Translations under genes and position numbers: made by a program
Part shown: positions 10,445 to 23,700 of the stretch, one piece after another
Layout of the letters: every line of letters starts with the position of its first letter
Position numbering within the stretch: position 1 is the stretch's first letter
Notes under the pieces: model-generated
Database searches by the model: none
Seen by the model: only the letters and a program-made list of their open reading frames with translations
What the model was told of the DNA's origin: nothing
Assembly: GCA_964016885.1 (NCBI GenBank)
Contig: OZ024742.1
Location: 70,370,001-70,434,000 of the forward strand
From: Eledone cirrhosa
Lineage: Eukaryota
DNA length: 64,000 nucleotides
Direction: 5' to 3'

Positions 10445-12382
10445 CATCATCATCATCATCGTTTAACGTCCGTGTTCCACGCTTGCATGGGTTTGGATGG
10501 AGGTTTTCCCACTTGAGGCAAGAGTGATTGTCTTGTTCGCATAGGACTGTCTGGCAGGTTTTCTACAGTTGGATGCCCTTCCTAACACCAACCACATTTA
10601 CAGTGTGTGTCTGGGAGGTTTTTACCGTGTTGCCTACACGGCCACATTACAGCGTGGACTGTGTGTTTTTTTGTCGTGACACCTACACGATCTCATTTGT
10701 TTCGGCTTGGATGGTGTGGCACCAACATAACTTTACATAGAAGGGGGCGGTGTGGATTGGGTGGGGGTGGTGGGACGGGGGTGTATTTTGTTAGAGATGC
10801 CTACTGGCTGTAGTAGGTTTTACTTTGTATTTAGGTGAGGCGGGTCTTCTCTATTACTGAGTACCGCCAAAGGTCTCGGTCCAGTGACATTGTCTTGGTG
10901 AGGTGTAAGTGTGTGAGGTCGGAGTTTATCAGCTCGTCCCAGGTTTTTCTGGGTCTGCCTATTCCGTGGCTACCGTCTATCTTTATTGCCCTGCACTTTG
11001 TTATACAGCTATCGTCCTTCATGCGCATCACGTGACCATACCAACGTAGCCTTCTCTCTAGTAAACAACATCTGATCACTCTTATTTCTAATTTTTTCCT
11101 TAGTTCGTTTATGATTTGTCGTTCACGTATATTACTATTACACATCCAGCGGAACATGCAAGCTTCGTTTCTCTCTATTCTCCGTATATCCTCTGCACAC
11201 AATGCCCAGGTCTCACTGCCATGCAACATTGATGTTCGTATGCAGGCATCGTACAGCCTGCCTTTCATTTTTAGGGAGAACCCTTTAGCGGCTAATAGTG
11301 GTATAAGCTCTCTGAACTTTTTCCACCCAGTTCTGACTCTAGCTACTGTACATTCAGAGCACCCTCCCCCACTGCTGATTTTGTCACCCAGTTAACGGAA
11401 GCTGTCCACTATTTCTATAGAACCATCTGCGCAGTTGAAAGAGCTAGTATTTTGTGGGCACTTGCTGCTACTTATTGCCCCAGAACACCGGCCACATGTA
11501 AAATCTATGTTCTTAGTTAGCTTACCTGCGATCCCACTACATCTTTTATGCACTCAAACTTTGCATTTGGCACATAAAATGGAATTTCTACCTACGCCTT
11601 TCCTACACTCTGCGCATGGCCACTTCCCGGAGGGGACCGCCGCCTTATTTTCTTTCTTACAAACTAGAACTTTTGTCTTAGCCAGGTTAATTTTAAGGCC
11701 TTTTGATTCTAGGCCGTGCTTCCATGTTTGGAATTTCTTCTCTAGCTCGGCCATTGATTCAGCTATGAGCGTTAGATCATCTGCGTATAGGAGTTCCCAT
11801 GGGCAGCCGGTCTTGAACTCCACTGTTATAGCCTGGAGGGCAATAATAAATAGTAGGGGGCTAAGAACAGAGCCCTGATGAACACCAACTTTTACGCTAA
11901 ACTCTTCACTATATTCGTTGTTAATTCTAACCTTGCTGACTGTTTCTTTATACATGGCTTGTATAGCTCTCACAAGCCATTCGTCAACACCTAGTTTTCT
12001 AAGAGCCCACCAGATAATGGAACGGGGGACTCTGTTGAAGGCCTTCAACAAGTCAACAAAAGCTAAGTATAGGGGTTTACTTTTAGCTAGGTACTTCTCC
12101 TGTAGTTGTCGTACAATGAAAAGAGCGTCTGTGGTACTTTTGCCTGACACAAACCCGAACTGCATTTCATCTAGATCAATTCTCTCTCTGATTAGTTGCG
12201 CTATTACTTTTTCCGTGACCTTCATGACCTGGTCGATTAATTTAATGCCTCTATAGTTACTCCTATCTAGGGCATCTCCTTTACCCTTATAACAGTTAAC
12301 GATGATGCTGCTACGCCAGTCCTTCGGAACAACCCCATTCTGTATGACTTGGTTTACTATCCGGGTGACCATGGTGTGTCCC
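10444..12382 (-). mobile_element. 5'-truncated RTE LINE with premature stops
   Basis: Minus ORFs 11554-12372 and 10831-11268. The 3' UTR and (GAT)n tail end at 10444. Confidence 0.95.
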
Positions 12383-12398
12383 CCGGATAGTCAACCAA

Positions 12399-13398
<1,000 letters not shown>

Positions 13399-13771
13399 CA
13401 GTCAGTAGGCATCTCTAACAAGATACACCCCGTCCCACCACCCCCACCCCATCCACACCGCCCCTTTCAATGTAAAGTTATGTTGGTGCTGCGCCATCCA
13501 GGCCGAAACAAATTAGATCGTGTAGGTGTCACGACAAAAAAACACACAGTCCACGCTGTAACGTGGCCGTGTAGGCAACACGGTAAAAACCTCCCAGCCC
13601 CACACTGTAAATGTGGTTGGTGTTAGGAAGGGCATCCAGCTGTAGAAAACCCGCCAGACAGTCCTATGCAAGTAAGACAACCACTCTTGCCTCAAGTGGG
13701 AAAACCCCCGTCCAAACCCATGCAAGCGTGGAACACGGACGTTAAACGTTGATGATGATGATGATTATGAT
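13399..13771 (+). mobile_element. RTE LINE 3' UTR-only insertion
   Basis: cagtcagtaggcatctctaac... through to cgttaaacgtt(GAT)n. Confidence 0.93.
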
Positions 13772-13826
13772 ATACATATGTATATATATATATATACATA
13801 TATATATACATATATATATACATATG

Positions 13827-13858
<32 letters not shown>

Positions 13859-14448
13859 CATATATATATATACATATGTATATATATATATACATATATA
13901 TATACATATGTATATATATATATACATATATATATACATATGTATATATATATAATACATATACATATGTATATATATATATACATATACATATGTATAT
14001 ATATATTTATACATATGTATATATAATAAATNNNNNNNNNNNNNNNNNNNNNNNNNNNNNNNNNNNNNNNNNNNNNNNNNNNNNNNNNNNNNNNNNNNNN
14101 NNNNNNNNNNNNNNNNNNNNNNNNNNNNNNNNNNNNNNNNNNNNNNNNNNNNNNNNNNNNNNNNNNNNNNNNNNNNNNNNNNNNNNNNNNNNNNNNNNNN
14201 NNNNNNNNNNNNNNNNNNNNNNNNNNNNNNNGTGTATATATGTATATATGTGATGTGTATATATGTATATATATATATGTGTATATATGTATATATATAT
14301 ATATATATAATATGTGTATATATGTATATATATGTGTATATATGTATATATATATGTGTGTATATATGTATATATATATATGTGTATATATGTATATATA
14401 TTTGTGTATATATGTATATATATTTATGTGTATATATGTAGATATATT

Positions 14449-14493
<45 letters not shown>

Positions 14494-14645
14494 ATGTGTA
14501 TATATGAAATATATATGTATATATATATATGTGTGTATATATGTATATATATGTGTATATATATATATGTGTATATATGTATATATATATATATGTGTGT
14601 GTGTATATATATATGTGCTATGTGTATATATATGTGAGTGTATGT

Positions 14646-14681
<36 letters not shown>

Positions 14682-14931
14682 ATGTGTATATATGTGATGT
14701 GTATATATGTATGTATATATATATGTGTATATATGTATATATATATATATATGTGTATATATGTATATATATGTGTATATATGTATATATATATGTGTAT
14801 ATATGTATATATATATATATGTGTATATATGTATATATATATGTGTGTATATATGTATATATATATATGTGTATATATGTATATATATGTGTATATATGT
14901 ATATATATTTGTGTATATATGTAGATATATT

Positions 14932-14976
<45 letters not shown>

Positions 14977-15036
14977 ATGTGTATATATGAAATATATATG
15001 TATATATATATGTGTGTGTATATATGTAGATATATT

Positions 15037-15073
<37 letters not shown>

Positions 15074-15185
15074 ATGTGTATATATGAAAATATATATGTA
15101 TATATATATATGTGTGTATATATGTATATATATATATGTGTGTATATATGTATATATATATGTGTATATATGTATATATATATGT
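13772..15185. repeat. TA/TG microsatellite spanning the assembly gap
   Basis: Directly visible on both sides of the N run. Confidence 0.9.
14032..14231. other. Scaffold gap (200 N)
   Basis: Run of 200 N. The round size suggests a placeholder. Confidence 0.99.
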
Positions 15186-15738
15186 GTCGGGTCGTTGGCG
15201 ACTAAACTGGCAACCCCACCAAGGTTTCTTGGTGAGGAGGGTGACTTTGGACATCCTGCAGGACTAAAAACAAAACCTGTCAAAGGGCAAAGGAGCTCTT
15301 AAGAGTCAATGGCCATCCAAAATCACCGGGAGAGATGACCCCTTAGCCTTTGTCAAGGCAGAATTCTAGGAGAAGGAAAACTCTGATATAACACCTGCAA
15401 CCTTGATGGTATCCAATGATGTTGACTTGTTCTTCTTTTTGGTAAATATCATCTTGGTTAAGAGAGTGGGACTGGCTTTGTGCAGTGCCTTTGCTCACTA
15501 TAAAAGCTTCACGGCACAGGCATTGCTTTATATCTGGAGATCTCTCTGCACTTGTCCTCACATGGTACCATGGGCCTAGCACTATGTGTCAATAATTGTC
15601 ACAAGTGTAGTGTTTGTACCAGAGTTTTCAAGTCGCTGGCTGGACTAAAAAGTCACACTCATGCAGCGCTTCGGTAGGGGTTCTCCTACATGGATATAAA
15701 GTAGTGGCCGTACTCGAAAACGAGTTGGCAGCCACCAT
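15186..15738 (+). mobile_element. Short non-autonomous element, probably a bipartite RTE derivative (5'-UTR-like part + C2H2 remnant + RTE-BovB-like 3' end)
   Basis: Contains ctaggagaaggaaaactctga (RTE 5' UTR-like) and a [17 protein letters not shown] remnant. The end ggccgtactcgaaaacgagttggcagccacc resembles 32313-32350. A second copy lies at 33866-34261. Confidence 0.7.
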
Positions 15739-18494
<2,756 letters not shown>

Positions 18495-21400
18495 TCATCA
18501 TCATCATCAACGTTTAACGTCCGTGTTCCACGCTTGCATGGGTTTGGACGGGGGTATTCCCACTTGAGGCAAGAGTGATTGTCTTGCTCGCATAGGACTG
18601 TCTGGCAGGTTTTCTACAGTTGGATGCCCTTCTTAACACCAACCACATTTACAGTGTGGGACTGGGAGGTTTTTACCATGTTGCCTACACGGCCACATTA
18701 CAGCGTGGACTGTGTGTTTTTTTGTCGTGACACCTACACGATCTCATTTGTTTCGGCCTGGATGTTGTGGCACCAACATAACTTTACATAGGAGGGGGTG
18801 GTGTGAATGGGGTGTGGGTGGTGGGACGTGGGTGTATTTTGTTAGAGATGCCTACTGGCTGTAGTAGGTTTTACTATGTATTTAGGCAAGGCGGGTCTTC
18901 TCTATTACTGAGTACCGCCAAAGGTCTCGGTCCAGTGACATTGTCTTGGTGAGGTGTAAGTGTGTGAGGTCGGAGTTTATCAGCTCATCCCAGGTTTTTC
19001 TGGGTCTGCCTATTCCGTGGCTACCGTCTATCTTTATTGCCTTGCACTTTGTTATACAGCTATCGTCCTTCATGCGCATTACGTGACCATACCAACGTAG
19101 CCTTCTCTCGAGTAAACAACATCTGATCCCTCTTATTTCTAATTTTTTCCTTAGTTTGTTTATGCTTTGTCGTTCACGTATATTACTATTACACATCCAG
19201 CGGAGCATGCAAGCTTCGTTTCTCTCTAGTCTGCGTATATCTTCTGCACACAATGCCCAGGTCTCACTGCCATGCAACATTGCTGTTCGTATGCAGGCAT
19301 CGTACAACCTGCCTTTCATTTTTAGGGAGAACCCTTTAGCGGCTAATAGTGGTATAAGCTCTCTGAATTTTTTCCACCCAGTTCTGACTCTAGCTACTGT
19401 ACTTTCAGAGCACCCTCCCCCACTGCTGATTTTGTCACCCAGGTAACGGAAGCTGTCCACTATTTCTATAGAACCCTGTGCGCAGCTGAAAGAGCTAGTA
19501 TTTTGTGGGCACTTGCTGCTACTTATTGCGCCAGAACACCGGCCACATGTAAAATCTATGTTCTTAGTTAGCTTACCTGTGATACCACTACATCTTTTAT
19601 GCACCCAAACTTTGCATTTGGGACACAAAATGGAGTTTCTACCTACGCCTTTCCTACACTCTGCGCATGGCCACTTCCCGGAGGGGACCGCGGCCTTATT
19701 TTCTTTCTTACAAACTAGAACTTTAGTCTTAGCCAGGTTAATTTTAAGGCCTATTGATTCTAGGCCGTGCTTCCATGTTTGGAATTTCTTCTCTAGCTCG
19801 GCCATTGATTCAGCTATGAGCGTTAGATCATCTGCGTATAGGAGTTCCCATGGGCAGCCGGTCTTGAACTCCACTGTTATAGCCTGGAGGGCAATAATAA
19901 ATAGTAGGGGGCTAAGAACAGATCCCCGATGAACACCAACTTTTACACTAAACTCTTCACTATATTCGTTGTTAATTCTAACCTTGCTGACTGTTTCTTT
20001 ATACATGGCTTGTATAGCTCTCACAAGCCATTCATCAACACCTAGTTTTCTAAGAGCCCACCAGATAATGGAACGGGGGACTCTGTCGAAGGCCTTCTCC
20101 AAGTCGACGAAAGCTAAGTATAGGGGTTTACTTTTAGCTAGGTACTTCTCCTGTAGTTGTCGTACAATGAAAAGAGCGTCAGTGGTACTTTTTCCTGACA
20201 CAAACCCGAACTGCATTTCATCTAGATCAATTCGCTCTCTGATTAGTTGCGCTATTACTTTTTCCGTGACCTTCATGACCTGGTCGATTAATTTAATGCC
20301 TCTATAGTTACTCCTATCTAGGGCATCTCCTTTACCCTTATAACAGTTAACGATAATGCTGCTACGCCAGTCCTTCGGAACAACCCCATTCTGTATGACT
20401 TGGTTGACTATCCGAGTGACCATGGTGTGTCCCACCGTACCAGATGCCTTCAGCATCTCAGCAACTATTTCCGAAGGCCCAGCCGCCTTGCCTGTCTTCA
20501 TATCTTTGATTGCCTTACTTATTATACTACCCTCGACTAACACTGCTGGTCCCTCTATTGGGTCGATGTGGGGGAGACTGTCTTTCTCCCATTTATTCTC
20601 CTCATTTAGTAGCCTTTCATAGTGACACTTCCAAGCTACCTTCTTATCGGCGTCGGTGATGGCAAGTACGCCGTCATCGTTAAGTACACACTTCTCCCCG
20701 ACAATATCACTGTTTCCCTTGACACATTGCCTAGCAATCCTGAACACCTCACGTTGTAGAACATGCTTGAACTTTCTTTCCTCTGCTTCCCTTCTTGCGA
20801 AGTACACTTGTCTCCTAGCTTCCCTCCTGGCCACTTGATAGTCTTCTCTGCTTCCCCCATCCCGCCATACTTTCCACGCCTGCTTTTTGGCCTTAATTGA
20901 CCCCTCCACCTTACTGTTCCACCACCATGTTACTCTCCTCCTGCCTACAGGCCTGCTCCAGCCACAGACTTCGTCTGTCGCCGTCAGCAGGTTTGCTTTC
21001 AGGAATTCCCACTGTTCCTCTACCTTGTACGACTCTAATTGCTCTTCCTTACTGTCGAAAGCATCAAGTAATATGCTTTGGAATTTATTTTTGGCTGTGG
21101 GGTCCTTTAGCTTCCATATTTTTCTCCTGAGGGTAGTCCTCTTCTGTTGTCTAGTACGTCTCGTCCTGACTATTAGGTCGCTAATTATCAGTCTATGTTG
21201 GGAGGTGCATTCTTCATGGGGGAGGGATTTAGTGTTTACAACAGTCACTTTGTCACGTCTTCTGGTAAGGATATAATCTACCTGGCTGGTATGTTCCCCT
21301 GATCTGTAGGTGATCAAGTGATTGTCTCGTTTTTTGAAGTTAGTGTTGCAGATAGTTAGGTTATTTGCGTCACAGAATTCCAGGATTCTGGAGCCTTCCT

Positions 21401-22446
21401 CATTTCTAGTACCAAACCCATAGCCTCCATGGATTTCGTCGTAGCCGTCACAATGTTGTCCAACGTGGCCGTTTAGGTCGCCTGCAATAATTGTATAGTC
21501 ACTGTCGGTTATTTGGGAGGTAGTGAGCATCAGTGTCTCATAGAATCTGTCTTTTATAGTGCTGGGCAGTCCGGATTGGGGTGCGTACGCGGATATTACT
21601 GTCACCGTGGTTCTATTGAGGACAAGTCTTATTTTAATTATTCTGTCGTTCACTCTATTTACGTCTATTATCTTATCTGCCCACTTTTCTGCTACCATGA
21701 TTCCTACCCCACCCAGCCCATTGTCATTTCCCACCCAGAAAAGCTTATAGCATCGTTTTCTACCCACAATGAATCTAGCAGATCCACCCCTCCACCTGGT
21801 CTCTTGAATACAACAAACATCGACCTCCTTACGTTCAAGCATTTCTACAACCTCGTTAGAGCGACCCTTTAAGGTGCCTACATTCAAGGTACCAAATCTG
21901 AAGTTTTGGATTGCGTTTGGGGGGTGGGAAAGGTGGGGAGCGGGGGGAGATGGGGTTGTGTTAGCCATCCGCAGCCGAAACAAAGAGGCATGCTCGCATT
22001 CTCGTCCACGAAGTGTGTTTGTGTTTAACTTTGGCATTGTCGCTGAGCGTCCAGATTTTTCTCTCTTCAACTCTCCGGAACTCCGTAGTCCTTCCATCCT
22101 ACATACCGAAGGCGACCAGGTAAGCGATAGTATAGGCCTCTGGCTTATGATTGGTCCACGTGATAATAATGGTGGTGCGTGGGGGCGGGAGGGAGGGGGT
22201 GTTGAGTTGTTAGCGAGAAGAATAGGTTTAAGTTAGATCCTAGTATTTAACGAACGTAAACAAAAATACAAGATTTGTTTAGTAAAATACGCCAAAAACT
22301 TCCGTATTTTACAATCAGGACAAAATACAAGAGATTTGTTTTGGAAAATACAGGAGGAAATAGGTTTGGAAGGACTATGGAATAAGCGGATGTTAGAAAG
22401 CTAGAAAAATGAGTACATTTTACCATGAATGAGAATCTGCCACAAA
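18495..22446 (-). mobile_element. Apparently full-length RTE LINE (~3.95 kb)
   Basis: ~350 bp 5' region, single ORF, structured 3' UTR and (GAT)n tail. The 5' boundary is approximate and abuts the Helitron. Confidence 0.93.
18882..22097 (-). CDS. RTE ORF: APE endonuclease + reverse transcriptase + PHD finger (1071 aa)
   Basis: GTLNVGTL, IQETRW, SAYAPQ, GDLNGHVG, VDYIL, SQHRL (APE); FVDLEKAFDRV, LYADD (RT); C4HC3 motif after the RT core. Confidence 0.95.
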   Translation of the reverse strand: MEGLRSSGELKREKSGRSATMPKLNTNTLRGRECEHASLFRLRMANTTPSPPAPHLSHPPNAIQNFRFGTLNVGTLKGRSNEVVEMLERKEVDVCCIQETRWRGGSARFIVGRKRCYKLFWVGNDNGLGGVGIMVAEKWADKIIDVNRVNDRIIKIRLVLNRTTVTVISAYAPQSGLPSTIKDRFYETLMLTTSQITDSDYTIIAGDLNGHVGQHCDGYDEIHGGYGFGTRNEEGSRILEFCDANNLTICNTNFKKRDNHLITYRSGEHTSQVDYILTRRRDKVTVVNTKSLPHEECTSQHRLIISDLIVRTRRTRQQKRTTLRRKIWKLKDPTAKNKFQSILLDAFDSKEEQLESYKVEEQWEFLKANLLTATDEVCGWSRPVGRRRVTWWWNSKVEGSIKAKKQAWKVWRDGGSREDYQVARREARRQVYFARREAEERKFKHVLQREVFRIARQCVKGNSDIVGEKCVLNDDGVLAITDADKKVAWKCHYERLLNEENKWEKDSLPHIDPIEGPAVLVEGSIISKAIKDMKTGKAAGPSEIVAEMLKASGTVGHTMVTRIVNQVIQNGVVPKDWRSSIIVNCYKGKGDALDRSNYRGIKLIDQVMKVTEKVIAQLIRERIDLDEMQFGFVSGKSTTDALFIVRQLQEKYLAKSKPLYLAFVDLEKAFDRVPRSIIWWALRKLGVDEWLVRAIQAMYKETVSKVRINNEYSEEFSVKVGVHRGSVLSPLLFIIALQAITVEFKTGCPWELLYADDLTLIAESMAELEKKFQTWKHGLESIGLKINLAKTKVLVCKKENKAAVPSGKWPCAECRKGVGRNSILCPKCKVWVHKRCSGITGKLTKNIDFTCGRCSGAISSSKCPQNTSSFSCAQGSIEIVDSFRYLGDKISSGGGCSESTVARVRTGWKKFRELIPLLAAKGFSLKMKGRLYDACIRTAMLHGSETWALCAEDIRRLERNEACMLRWMCNSNIRERQSINKLRKKLEIRGIRCCLLERRLRWYGHVMRMKDDSCITKCKAIKIDGSHGIGRPRKTWDELINSDLTHLHLTKTMSLDRDLWRYSVIEKTRLA

Positions 22447-22493
22447 TCTATATATATAAAAATGAATGTATGTTTGTTTGTTTGTCCAAAGAT

Positions 22494-23399
22494 ATAAACG
22501 GAGAAAGAGAAATCAACGTATAGACAAACAGAGAGTGAAAGAGCGAGTAGTCTGGCTGCTTTGAACCACTCCCTATATTAGACTGTCTCTAAAGTTATAA
22601 ACGGAGAAAGAGAAATCAACGTATAGACAAAGAGAGAGTGAAAGAGCAACGTATAGACAAAGAGAGAGTGCTATAAACGGAGAAAGAGAAATCAACGTAT
22701 AGACAAAGAGTGAGTGAAAGAGCGAGTGTGAAATTTTTTTAATTAAAGATAATTTCAATAGAATTAGTATTCTCTCTTTAATTTAATATAATTTCAATAG
22801 AATTAGTAAATTCTCTCTTTAATTTAATATAATTTCAATAGAATTAGTATAGTGTCTGTTTCACATTACTTCCCTTCCACTCCCATTACAGGGAATTCTT
22901 TTTCAGCTAGCCCTTAACTAAGTGCTGTAATTTGATATCTTCATTTCGTCTGTCCTTATTTTCCTGACCTGGACATAAACCAACAGCTTATCTTCCCTAC
23001 CTTTATCTCTATAGAAGTTACTACTTATTTCTTCATCCTTTTCTTTTAGTCTATGTATCTATATAGAGTTTTTTCCTGTTTTTCATCATTTCTCCATATA
23101 CCATTTCTGGGTTTCCTTTTTAATACCTTGGTGTTTTGATATTCTTAAAATATTATAATACCTTGGTGTTTTAATATTCTTAAAATATTATATCTCTCTT
23201 CCACTATTATCACTAGAATTTCTACTCTAGCTATCTTATAGCCAATCACTAGAATTTCTACTCTAGCTATCTTATAGCCACTAACTGCTGTAATTTGATA
23301 TCTTCATTTCGTCTGTCCTTATTTTCCTGACCTGGACTTACACCAGCAGCTTACCTTCCCTACCTTTATCTCTATAGAAGTTACTACTTATTTCTTCAT
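22494..23399 (+). repeat. Cluster of local tandem duplications in the Helitron 5' region
   Basis: ataaacggagaaagagaaatcaacgtatagacaaa x3; ~39-bp taatttcaatagaattagta unit x3; ~34-bp unit x2; ~36-bp unit x2; ~120-bp block at ~22915 and ~23281. Confidence 0.85.
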
Positions 23400-23700
23400 A
23401 CTTTGGTTTTATATTTTTAGTTTTATTACCCTACCACATAAACAATGATCACTTATAATACCATGATCCATTTTCCTTATATACTGTAATTTTCTGATGA
23501 AGGACTGAGGTACGTGTTATTTTGTCTGAATAATTTGTATTATTTTCACTCTGTTTTTACAATTGTTTATATCATCAATCAACACATACATATTGGTTAT
23601 GACTCCTTCTACATTTCGATTACATTGAGTTCTTCATACGTATTTCACACTACTGCTCATTTCGGTAGAGTGATTGTGATAAAATATTTTCTATTCAATT

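Noticed and set aside
22098-22446. HDV-like ribozyme at the RTE 5' end
   Set aside because: The nested double-pseudoknot pattern could not be fitted by eye; it needs a descriptor search.
22494-22850. CRISPR-like spaced repeats
   Set aside because: Irregular tandem duplications without unique spacers, inside a eukaryotic Helitron.
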